64,000 nucleotides of DNA from Bacilli bacterium (GTDB lineage: Bacteria > Bacillota_I > Bacilli_A > RFN20 > CAG-826), in contig JBJEDT010000041.1 of NCBI GenBank assembly GCA_051872335.1, positions 147-64,146 on the forward strand. Reading direction: 5' to 3'. Position numbers and translations under genes: made by a program. The notes under the pieces were generated by a model. The model was not told where the DNA came from. It worked only from the letters and a program-made list of their open reading frames with translations, and ran no database searches. Within the stretch, counting starts at the first letter, position 1. Each line of letters begins with the position of its first letter. Below are positions 7,770 to 15,422 of this stretch, in pieces.

Positions 7770-7805
7770 TTAATTGAAAACATTATGTTTGTCAAGGAGT
7801 TTAGC

Positions 7806-9317
7806 ATGGAATTTTTTTGGTGTTTTATTGCAGCATTATTAGCGGGTATTGGTACAGGACTTGCTGGATTATCTGCTGCAACTGTGATGGTGCCTATTAT
7901 GATAGTCCTTTGCCCAACCTTTGCTGGTGAAGTTGGTGCTTATCATGCTACGGCTATTGCATTAGCATCTGATGTTTTAGGTTCTGCATTTACTGCAGGT
8001 GTTTATATAAAACATAAGAATATTGATTTGAAACATAGTTGGATTATGTTAGTTTGCATCATTACAATGTGCATTATAGGTAGTTATGTTGCATATTATG
8101 TTGGTAATGTTGTTTTAGGAAGCTTTTCTTTAATATTATGTATTGGTATTGGTATACGTTTTTTATTAAAACCAGATACACAGCGAAATGTAACAATAGA
8201 AGATAAAACAAGGTTTAATTGGAAGGAAATACTTATTTCTATTTTTTTCGGATTGACTATAGGTTTTGGAACAGGCTTTGTTGGATCAGGCGGAGGAATG
8301 ATGATGCTTGTGGTCTTTACTGCCTTTTTAGGGATGAGTAGAAAAAAAGCGGTAGGAACTAGTACATTTATTATGACATTTACTGCATTGATTGCTTTTG
8401 TAAGTCATTCTATTATTGATTCAACAATTATTTTTGCTGATTGGCCGATTTTAGTTTTGTGTATAATTACAGAAACATGTGCATCTATCATAGCTGCTCA
8501 ATTTGCTAATAAGGTTAATAATAGAATCGTTGGATTAGTAACAGGAGCAGTACTTACAATACTTGGAATAACTATGTTGTGTATTAAATATTGGCAAAAT
8601 ATTGTTACCTCATCAATTCCATTAGCTGTCCTTCAATGCTTAGGTTGGTATCTATTATTTATTATTGGTATTTTAATTATCATTTTAGTTTTGCGTTATT
8701 GCTTTAAAATGCCTAGCGAAGTAGCGAGAAAAATATTACAATTTCCAGCAATGTTATCGGTGATTTTTATGTTAATTGTTTCAAATGATTGGATAGTTAC
8801 AATTATTTGTGCAGTGATTTTTTGCATTATGGTTTATCCTATTTTATGTATTCTTGAAAAATGGGAAAATTATTCTACTCTTTTTATGGAACGTAGAAGA
8901 GGAGAAGTGAAAAAAAGTTTATTATTCTTATTTGGAACTCATATTATTTTAGTTGCAATTTGCTGTGGGATATTCAATAAAGCTTATATAGTAATTACTT
9001 CAATTCTAGTATGGGGTGTAGCTGATACTGCAGCTGCTTTAGTAGGAAAAAAATTTGGGAAGCATCATATTTCATTTAAATATGCCGATAGTAATAAAAC
9101 CTGGGAAGGTACTATTGCAATGGCCTTAACTTCATTTATAACTGGAGCCATTGTATTGTTACTAGTAAGTCCTCTAACATGGTGGCAGTGTATAATTTTT
9201 TCATTAGTAGCATGCCCATTTTCCGCTATTTCTGAGCTTTATTCACATAATGGTAATGATACAATAAGTGTACCACTTGCTGTAGCAGTTGTTTTGACAA
9301 TTCTTAGTTTTTTATAA
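7806..9317 (+). CDS. Fusion membrane protein: N-terminal TSUP (TauE/SafE, DUF81) anion-exporter domain plus C-terminal CTP_transf_1-like polyprenol/diacylglycerol kinase-type domain
   Basis: The N-terminal half has 'AGIGTGLAGLSAATVMVPIM' and 'GFGTGFVGSGGGMMMLVVF..GMSRKKAVGTSTF', which are TSUP repeats. The C-terminal part has 'WGVADTAAALVGKKFGKH....NKTWEGTIAM', the signature of the dolichol/phytol kinase and CDP-diglyceride synthase superfamily. The start is at ATG 7806 after AAGGAG. Confidence 0.7.
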   Translation: MEFFWCFIAALLAGIGTGLAGLSAATVMVPIMIVLCPTFAGEVGAYHATAIALASDVLGSAFTAGVYIKHKNIDLKHSWIMLVCIITMCIIGSYVAYYVGNVVLGSFSLILCIGIGIRFLLKPDTQRNVTIEDKTRFNWKEILISIFFGLTIGFGTGFVGSGGGMMMLVVFTAFLGMSRKKAVGTSTFIMTFTALIAFVSHSIIDSTIIFADWPILVLCIITETCASIIAAQFANKVNNRIVGLVTGAVLTILGITMLCIKYWQNIVTSSIPLAVLQCLGWYLLFIIGILIIILVLRYCFKMPSEVARKILQFPAMLSVIFMLIVSNDWIVTIICAVIFCIMVYPILCILEKWENYSTLFMERRRGEVKKSLLFLFGTHIILVAICCGIFNKAYIVITSILVWGVADTAAALVGKKFGKHHISFKYADSNKTWEGTIAMALTSFITGAIVLLLVSPLTWWQCIIFSLVACPFSAISELYSHNGNDTISVPLAVAVVLTILSFL

Positions 9318-9664
9318 TATTAGATTCAATAAAAAACACATAATGTAATGGGAATTTATGTATCTAAAATACAATTATAATATTTCTAACAATTATAAAT
9401 TTTTAGTTAGATATTTTAGAATTTAATGAAAAAATGTTAATTTTGAATTATATAAGTTTGAAATATATAAAGAAATTTTTACTGAAGAAGATATTGAAGA
9501 TTATGATAAGTATAAAATTTTAAAAGATTTATATCATCAATTGTTTTCAATATTATTTATCGGTGAAATGTTGTTAATTGAAGCCTTATAAAAAAGAAAA
9601 CAAGAATGTAACCCATTTATGTAAAAAAATAATAAATGATGTTTATAAGAAAAGTTTATAATCA

Positions 9665-9832
9665 TTGTTAGTAGTTTTCTATTATTAAATTAAATCGAGC
9701 GCAAGGATTAATATCATAACATGGGGTGAGCAAAATATTTCTAGGATGTGTATTTTTTCACAAGGTGTGTAAGAAAATGGATTATTTTTGCATACTATAT
9801 CAAAATTGGATAACAAACATAGTAATGAAATA
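9665..9832. repeat. Copy A2 of the modular intergenic repeat (long form)
   Basis: It aligns with 3208-3377. Repeats are TGGGGTGAGCAAAATAT (9722), TAGGATGTGTAT (9742) and AAGGTGTGTAAGAAAA (9762), followed by the tail TTTTTGCATACTATATCAAAATTGGATAACAAACATAGTAATGAAATA. Confidence 0.85.
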
Positions 9833-9903
9833 AAATACTATATTTGCAGAAACAATAGCACAAGTTTATAATAAAAATTAAGGTTTTGAAAGGTGGAATA
9901 TTT

Positions 9904-10086
9904 ATGAGTAAAAATGGACATGGAGTATCTTCACATAATCATACACAACAACAAATAAATCATTATGCAAATCAGCATAATCCTAATAATTCAGCAAATC
10001 GTGCTTGTAATAATAATCATGCAAATCAATGTAATCCCAATAATTCAAATTATCAAGGCCATCAAAACAACAAAAATAGTAAATAG
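9904..10086 (+). CDS. Small Asn/His/Gln-rich protein with two 'HANQxNPNNS' repeats
   Basis: ATG 9904 follows GAAAGGTGG. There is an internal 54-nt (18-aa) repeat: 'YANQHNPNNSANRA' and 'HANQCNPNNSNYQG'. The motif resembles the 'NQLNPNN' small proteins common in Firmicutes. Confidence 0.6.
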   Translation: MSKNGHGVSSHNHTQQQINHYANQHNPNNSANRACNNNHANQCNPNNSNYQGHQNNKNSK

Positions 10087-10162
10087 CATTTATCAATAAA
10101 CGGTGTTTATACAAAATTAAACTTTATTATAAAAAGAAAGATGTAAATTAAATGGTGTAATT

Positions 10163-10666
10163 ATGGATAATTTTAATACGATTATAGATGCTTATAAAGA
10201 TTTAGTGTTACAAAAAAAATCGGCGGATATATCAATAAGAGATATTTGTGATCGAGCTGGTTTATCGCGTAAGACATTTTATAATTATTTTTTAAATAGA
10301 TTTGATTTATTAAAAAAAATATTATTAGAAGAAATAGAAGTGCCACTACGACTTGCATTAGAATCTTCATTAAGTAACAGTGATGCATTAAAAATAATGT
10401 TAACAAATTTTTTAATAAGAAAAGATTTTTATATTATTGTTTTTCAAGAAAAATGTCAAAATTCAGTTTTTGAAAGTCTCGTTGAAAGTTTAAGTAGAAT
10501 TATTTCAATGTTTCCTAAACCTCGATTAACAGAAAATGAAAAAGAGTATGTTGATTATAGATTTACTGTTGAAATAGTTTATGTCATTAAAAAATGGATT
10601 GAAAACGGAATGTTAGAATCTCCTGACACAATAGCAAAAATTATTATGTATCCAGGTAACATTTAA
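10163..10666 (+). CDS. TetR-family transcriptional regulator
   Basis: HTH 'ISIRDICDRAGLSRKTFYNYFLNRFDLL'. It is 167 aa. Confidence 0.85.
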   Translation: MDNFNTIIDAYKDLVLQKKSADISIRDICDRAGLSRKTFYNYFLNRFDLLKKILLEEIEVPLRLALESSLSNSDALKIMLTNFLIRKDFYIIVFQEKCQNSVFESLVESLSRIISMFPKPRLTENEKEYVDYRFTVEIVYVIKKWIENGMLESPDTIAKIIMYPGNI

Positions 10667-10787
10667 TTGTAAGTGTTACCTTTTATTCACATTTTAAAAG
10701 TTTTGCAAATTGACTACAATTTTTTTCAACTTTTATAATTTAATTGGTAATAGTAAATTACCAAATAATTTAGAAGGAGAATTTAAT

Positions 10788-11708
10788 ATGGCAGAAGGTT
10801 ATGCTAACAAAGATGGCGGAATGAATATGTCCGAAGAAGAAAAAGCAAGAGTCAGCAATTATGGTCTCAAAGAACTTGGCTGGGATAAAGTTCCTTTGGA
10901 TATTGTCGACAAATCTTTAAAAGATTTAGTCGATATGAAAGGTAAAACAGCAATTGTCACTGGTGCAGGTGGAGATGGCTTAGGCTTTGCAATTTCTAAT
11001 CGTTTAGCTGCTTTAGGATGTACAGTTGTTATGACAGACATAAGCGACAGAGTATTCCAAAATGCAAAAGCAGTAGCAGAAAAGTGGAACGCTAAAACAT
11101 ATCCACTAATTTGTGATATCATGAAATTTGATGATATTAAAAATATGTTCGAAGAAGCAAATAAATTACTAGGTGGACATATTGATATTTTAGTAAATAA
11201 TGCAAATTATACTTTGGCTGGTCCGTTCCAAAAAGCAACAGAACAAGAAATAAGAACTTGTGTAGATGGCCCTTATACAAGTGCTGTTTATGCATGCCGT
11301 TTAATTTGTGATTATATGATTCCTCAAAAACATGGTAAAATCATTAACATTGTTTCAGAAGCTGCAGTACGTTCTAATAATGTTGATTTATCCATCTATG
11401 CTGCATCTAAAGCAGGTGTTATTGGACTTACAAAATCACTTGCAGGTGAATTAGCACCATTTGGAATTATTGTTAATGCTGTTGCACCTGGAGTAATGTT
11501 AAATCCATATTTACGTGAAATATTTAAAGTAGGCGCTCCTGAAACTTTAGGCGTAAGAAAATCAATGGTTGATAGTACTAAGGATTGCTTAATGAAACGT
11601 GTTTCAATTGCAGAAGAAGTTGCTAATACTGTTGCATTCTTAGCAAGTGATGCTGCTAGCTTCATTGATGGACAAATCATCATGAATGGCGGTGGAATGA
11701 CTGTCTAA
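10788..11708 (+). CDS. Short-chain dehydrogenase/reductase (SDR) with ~55-aa N-terminal extension
   Basis: Motifs TGAGGDGLG (TGxxxGxG), NNAN and YAASKAG (YxxxK). The start is at ATG 10788 after GAAGGAG. Confidence 0.85.
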   Translation: MAEGYANKDGGMNMSEEEKARVSNYGLKELGWDKVPLDIVDKSLKDLVDMKGKTAIVTGAGGDGLGFAISNRLAALGCTVVMTDISDRVFQNAKAVAEKWNAKTYPLICDIMKFDDIKNMFEEANKLLGGHIDILVNNANYTLAGPFQKATEQEIRTCVDGPYTSAVYACRLICDYMIPQKHGKIINIVSEAAVRSNNVDLSIYAASKAGVIGLTKSLAGELAPFGIIVNAVAPGVMLNPYLREIFKVGAPETLGVRKSMVDSTKDCLMKRVSIAEEVANTVAFLASDAASFIDGQIIMNGGGMTV

Positions 11709-11731
11709 GATATTTAAATATTAAATTTGTT

Positions 11732-11772
11732 AAAAGCTGTTTTGAAAATCAAATTTCTAACAGCTTTTTTTA
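11732..11772 (+). terminator. Rho-independent terminator
   Basis: AAAAGCTGTT...AACAGCTTTT stem followed by a T-run. Confidence 0.8.
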
Positions 11773-11919
11773 TAAAAAAGATAAAGAATTAAATAAAAGT
11801 AGTATTTAGATTTCTCAATTAATAATAATTTGTATTAACATATTGAAGAATTATTTTATTCTTTATTTTTATTTATCTTTAATATATTATTTAAATAGAT
11901 TATTAAAGGAGTGATTATA

Positions 11920-12327
11920 ATGCCGTTTTGCCCTTACTGTGGTAGTGAAGTACCAACTAATTCAAAGTTTTGTCCATCTTGTGGAAATAACTTAGTTGAG
12001 ACAAATGATTCTGAAAACCATAATTCTAATGTTCAAAATGAATCTTCATTCAACAATCGTTTTTCAAATACATTTAATGAAAATAAAACTGCATCTTCAA
12101 AAAAATCTGACTTAAAAATGGTTGCTTTTGTTTTATGTATCTTAACTTGTGTTGTTTATGCAGTTACTATTGTTGGTGTTTTTGGACTAATATGGTGTAT
12201 TCCTATGACTATCAAAATCAATAAAGCATATAAAGAAAATGAACCATTAAGTACTGGTTTTAAAGTATGTACATTATTATTTGTTAATACAATTGCTGGA
12301 ATACTTTTATTAGTAGATAACGATTAA
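11920..12327 (+). CDS. Zinc-ribbon protein with two C-terminal TM helices
   Basis: 'CPYCGSEVPTNSKFCPSCG' followed by a low-complexity linker and two hydrophobic helices. ATG 11920 follows AAAGGAG. Confidence 0.7.
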   Translation: MPFCPYCGSEVPTNSKFCPSCGNNLVETNDSENHNSNVQNESSFNNRFSNTFNENKTASSKKSDLKMVAFVLCILTCVVYAVTIVGVFGLIWCIPMTIKINKAYKENEPLSTGFKVCTLLFVNTIAGILLLVDND

Positions 12328-12344
12328 ATTTATAAAAATAAATT

Positions 12345-12380
12345 AGTTTATTTGTTTTAAGACAAATAAACTTTTTATTT
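12345..12380. terminator. Bidirectional terminator between convergent genes
   Basis: AGTTTATTTGT-TTTAAG-ACAAATAAACT with flanking A- and T-runs. Confidence 0.8.
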
Positions 12381-12385
12381 TGTAA

Positions 12386-13189
12386 TTAAAAATGATTTAA
12401 TAAATATTCTTCTACATAATTCCAACTAATAGAATCATATTTATCGTTAAAATAATAATTTTCTTTGTTAAAGCCATGATTAGCACCTTCAATTAATTGA
12501 AGAGTGCATGATGAATAAATTTCATTGGCTTTTTCACTATATGACGATGGTACAATAAAATCTTTTGTACCGTGAACTATTAATACATCTTTTGTAAATG
12601 AACCTATATGATCATATACATTATAGTTATTGAGTTCGTTACGGTATTCTTCATCTAATGTAATATCAATCTGCAATAATTCAGGAATATTAAAAGCAGG
12701 GTAAAACATTATTAATCCTTGAATTATTTCGTTGTAATTATTTGCAACAATACTTGAAATTAATCCTCCTTGGGAAGTACCAAATAAATATATTTTATTT
12801 ATATAAGGAATAGTAAAGAAATAATCAACAAGATACGATAAAGTATCAACATCTTTGAATATTGTTGGATTTTCAATCTTATCACTTCGTGATTTTTTAT
12901 TATCAGAAGGATAGTCAAAAGAGTAAGACAAATATGAAAGTGAAGCTGCTCTATATCCATAACTATCCAGTGAATCAGAATTAATATCAGCAGAATGTGA
13001 CATTATGATTAATGAATAAGAATTATCTGAAGAAAAATCTAAAGGCGTATATAAATTACCATATATTTTAAGTTCATTTTCATATATTAAAAATTCTTCC
13101 TTATTAGCTAATGTTTCAAATGTGGAACTATTATTACAAGAAGTTAGTAATAAACTAAAACATAAGAAGTAATATCGTTTGTTTTTCAT
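12386..13189 (-). CDS. Alpha/beta-hydrolase lipoprotein (esterase)
   Basis: Lipobox 'LLLTSC', nucleophile elbow 'GTSQGG', 'IVHGTKDFIVP' and 'GANHGF'. Confidence 0.75.
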   Translation of the reverse strand: MKNKRYYFLCFSLLLTSCNNSSTFETLANKEEFLIYENELKIYGNLYTPLDFSSDNSYSLIIMSHSADINSDSLDSYGYRAASLSYLSYSFDYPSDNKKSRSDKIENPTIFKDVDTLSYLVDYFFTIPYINKIYLFGTSQGGLISSIVANNYNEIIQGLIMFYPAFNIPELLQIDITLDEEYRNELNNYNVYDHIGSFTKDVLIVHGTKDFIVPSSYSEKANEIYSSCTLQLIEGANHGFNKENYYFNDKYDSISWNYVEEYLLNHF

Positions 13190-13239
13190 ATATATATCTC
13201 CTTTTTTATATTTTAAAACTAAAATTTTGATAATTGAAT

Positions 13240-13269
13240 ATAAAAACTTCCAATCTTTTTGATTGGAAG
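13240..13269 (-). terminator. Rho-independent terminator for the MATE/esterase operon
   Basis: CTTCCAATC-loop-GATTGGAAG with a T-run on the minus strand. Confidence 0.75.
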
Positions 13270-13276
13270 TATTATT

Positions 13277-14668
13277 TTAAACTTCATTTGTAATTAAAGA
13301 ATCATCTTCTTTTAATTTTCTAAATTGAACAATTAGGATAGGTAACTCAAAAGCAATCATAAAGAGCCATCCAATTCCAGTACCATATGCAGCTGATTCC
13401 ATAGGTTTACTTGTTAAATGCATTAATAATATAACAAATATTACACGAGCAGTTATTTGTACTAAAGTTGATAAGAACACAATTGTTACTTTACCACTTC
13501 CTCTAAAGAAACTTTGCATTGCATTAGTTATACTTGGTAACATATATAGACAACACATTATATTTAAATAGGTACACGCATTGTTTAATATATCTGTTTT
13601 AGATTCAATAAGTGATGGGTCAGAAGAAATAAATACATTTAGTACAGGTTTTTTAATTACAAATATGAGAACACTTATGAAAACTCCATAAATTATATTT
13701 AATAAAAAGCCAGACATAAATCCTTTTTTTGCTCGTTTAACTTTATTAGCTCCATAGTTTTGAGAAAAAAAGATGGATGTTGCAGCAGCAAAATTTTGTG
13801 CAGGTGTAAAAACAAAGTCATCAATTTTAGTTGCACTAGCAAAAGCATCGATTATTATTTCGCCATACTTATTTATTTGAGTAGAAATAATATATTTTCC
13901 TACATATAAAACAACTTGTTGAAGAGCTGATGATACAGCATAAGGAATTGATATTTTTAATAACGAACTATCAATAACATAATCTTTAAATTTAAATAAG
14001 AAAATATCTTTATAACGTATTTTACTATAAATAGTAATGGAAATAGCAGAAAGAATTTGGCTTATAAGTGTTGCTAGTGCCACACCTAAAACACCTTTAT
14101 CTAAACTAATAACAAAAATAATATTTAATGTAATATTTAATACACATGATACCGTTAAAAATAATAAAGAAGAAATAGAATCACCAATACTTCTTAAAAC
14201 GGAAGCATATAGGTTATAAATAAAAGTTGCAACTAAACCTATAGCAATAATAATTAAATATTGCTTAACTTGTTTTCTTAAAATAATATCATCTACATTT
14301 GATATAGTCATAATTGGTTCTAAGAAAACAATAAAGAGTATTGTTAATAAAACAATAAAAATCAACCCTACAAGTAAAACACTTGTAAATTGTCTTTTTA
14401 AATTTGGAATATCATTTTTTCCAAACAGATTACTTGAATGAATGGCAATTCCTAAACATAATCCACTTATTAAAGAAATAAAAATTGACATTATTGGATT
14501 CGCAATACCGACTGCAGCTTGATCTGTTATTGGATTTGATGAGAACCAACCTAATATAACAAAGTCGAATAAATTATATGATAATTGTAAAATACTTCCG
14601 ATTACTAATGGTAAAGCAAATAGTAGTAACTGAGGAAAAATTTTACCTTCAGTCATTCTCTTCTTCAT
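13277..14668 (-). CDS. MATE-family efflux transporter
   Basis: 463 aa with about 12 TM helices and a typical MATE N-terminus ('LLFALPLVIGSILQLSYNLFDFVILG'). Confidence 0.75.
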   Translation of the reverse strand: MKKRMTEGKIFPQLLLFALPLVIGSILQLSYNLFDFVILGWFSSNPITDQAAVGIANPIMSIFISLISGLCLGIAIHSSNLFGKNDIPNLKRQFTSVLLVGLIFIVLLTILFIVFLEPIMTISNVDDIILRKQVKQYLIIIAIGLVATFIYNLYASVLRSIGDSISSLLFLTVSCVLNITLNIIFVISLDKGVLGVALATLISQILSAISITIYSKIRYKDIFLFKFKDYVIDSSLLKISIPYAVSSALQQVVLYVGKYIISTQINKYGEIIIDAFASATKIDDFVFTPAQNFAAATSIFFSQNYGANKVKRAKKGFMSGFLLNIIYGVFISVLIFVIKKPVLNVFISSDPSLIESKTDILNNACTYLNIMCCLYMLPSITNAMQSFFRGSGKVTIVFLSTLVQITARVIFVILLMHLTSKPMESAAYGTGIGWLFMIAFELPILIVQFRKLKEDDSLITNEV

Positions 14669-15422
14669 AATGTAAAACCTTCTTTATAAATTCATTAGCT
14701 TTTGTTGGCCAGATAGCAACTTCTTTATTTATGTATGATTCATCACCATCTTTTATAGCTGTTTGGTCAGCTAAAGCTAACCCATGTCTTCCAGTGTTGA
14801 AAATAATGAATTCATTATAAACATCATTTGATGTTAATGCATCAACCATTAATAAAGTGTGAATATAAGGCACTGTTTTATCTTCTTTTGTTGACCAAAT
14901 AAATGTAGGAGGTGTGTCTTTAGTAACCCTATTTTCAATTGAATAATCATATAAATCTTTTTTTGTATATTGTCCATTAAAGAAGTTAGTAACTGTACCT
15001 TTATGTGGCTTTTTAATAAAGGAAATCACAGGATAACATAGTATTAAGCCTGTAATATATTTCTTTAAATGACTAGTTCCAGCTAAAGCTGCCAAATGTC
15101 CACCAGCTGAAAAGCCCATAACAAAAATATTTTTAAAATTACGATGTAAGTATTTTAAAGAATATTCTACTTCAATAAACTGTGTTGGATTTTGAAAAGG
15201 TGCAACGCTATATTCTAAAATGGCTACATTATAATTCATTTCTAAAAATTTATTAGCTACAGGTTTACTTTCTCGATTAGAAAGGTGATGATAACCACCA
15301 CCAGGTAAAATTAAAATAACAGGGTGATTTTCATTTAGAGAATATAAAGTCAATTTTCCTGTTGATGTAAAACCTAATTTTTTAGTAATTTCAATTGTTT
15401 TTATATTTGGGTTATTAATCAT
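14649..15422 (-). CDS. Alpha/beta hydrolase, acetyl-esterase (Aes/BD-FAE-like)
   Basis: Oxyanion 'LPGGGYHH' and nucleophile 'GFSAGGHLA'. I placed the start at the ATG of 'MINNPN', which forms an ATGATTAA overlap with the upstream MATE stop. Confidence 0.75.
   Translation of the reverse strand: MINNPNIKTIEITKKLGFTSTGKLTLYSLNENHPVILILPGGGYHHLSNRESKPVANKFLEMNYNVAILEYSVAPFQNPTQFIEVEYSLKYLHRNFKNIFVMGFSAGGHLAALAGTSHLKKYITGLILCYPVISFIKKPHKGTVTNFFNGQYTKKDLYDYSIENRVTKDTPPTFIWSTKEDKTVPYIHTLLMVDALTSNDVYNEFIIFNTGRHGLALADQTAIKDGDESYINKEVAIWPTKANEFIKKVLHYEEEND

Noticed and set aside
7671-7805. N-terminal extensions implied by the track starts. This one overlaps the TetR start; similar cases are 5036, 6115, 10710, 16966, 21011, 21934, 35451 and 15423-15464.
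   Set aside because: In each case an internal ATG with a canonical AGGAGG-type SD 6-9 nt upstream gives a product that starts where family homology starts. The extensions would run through promoters or operators or through the neighbouring gene.
9380-9600. Short startless reading frame (…YKFEIYKEIFTEEDIEDYDKYKILKDLYHQLFSILFIGEMLLIEAL*) upstream of repeat A2
   Set aside because: It has no start codon or SD and is only about 55 codons long. It may be a decayed gene remnant, as mentioned under the island finding, but it cannot be supported as a feature.
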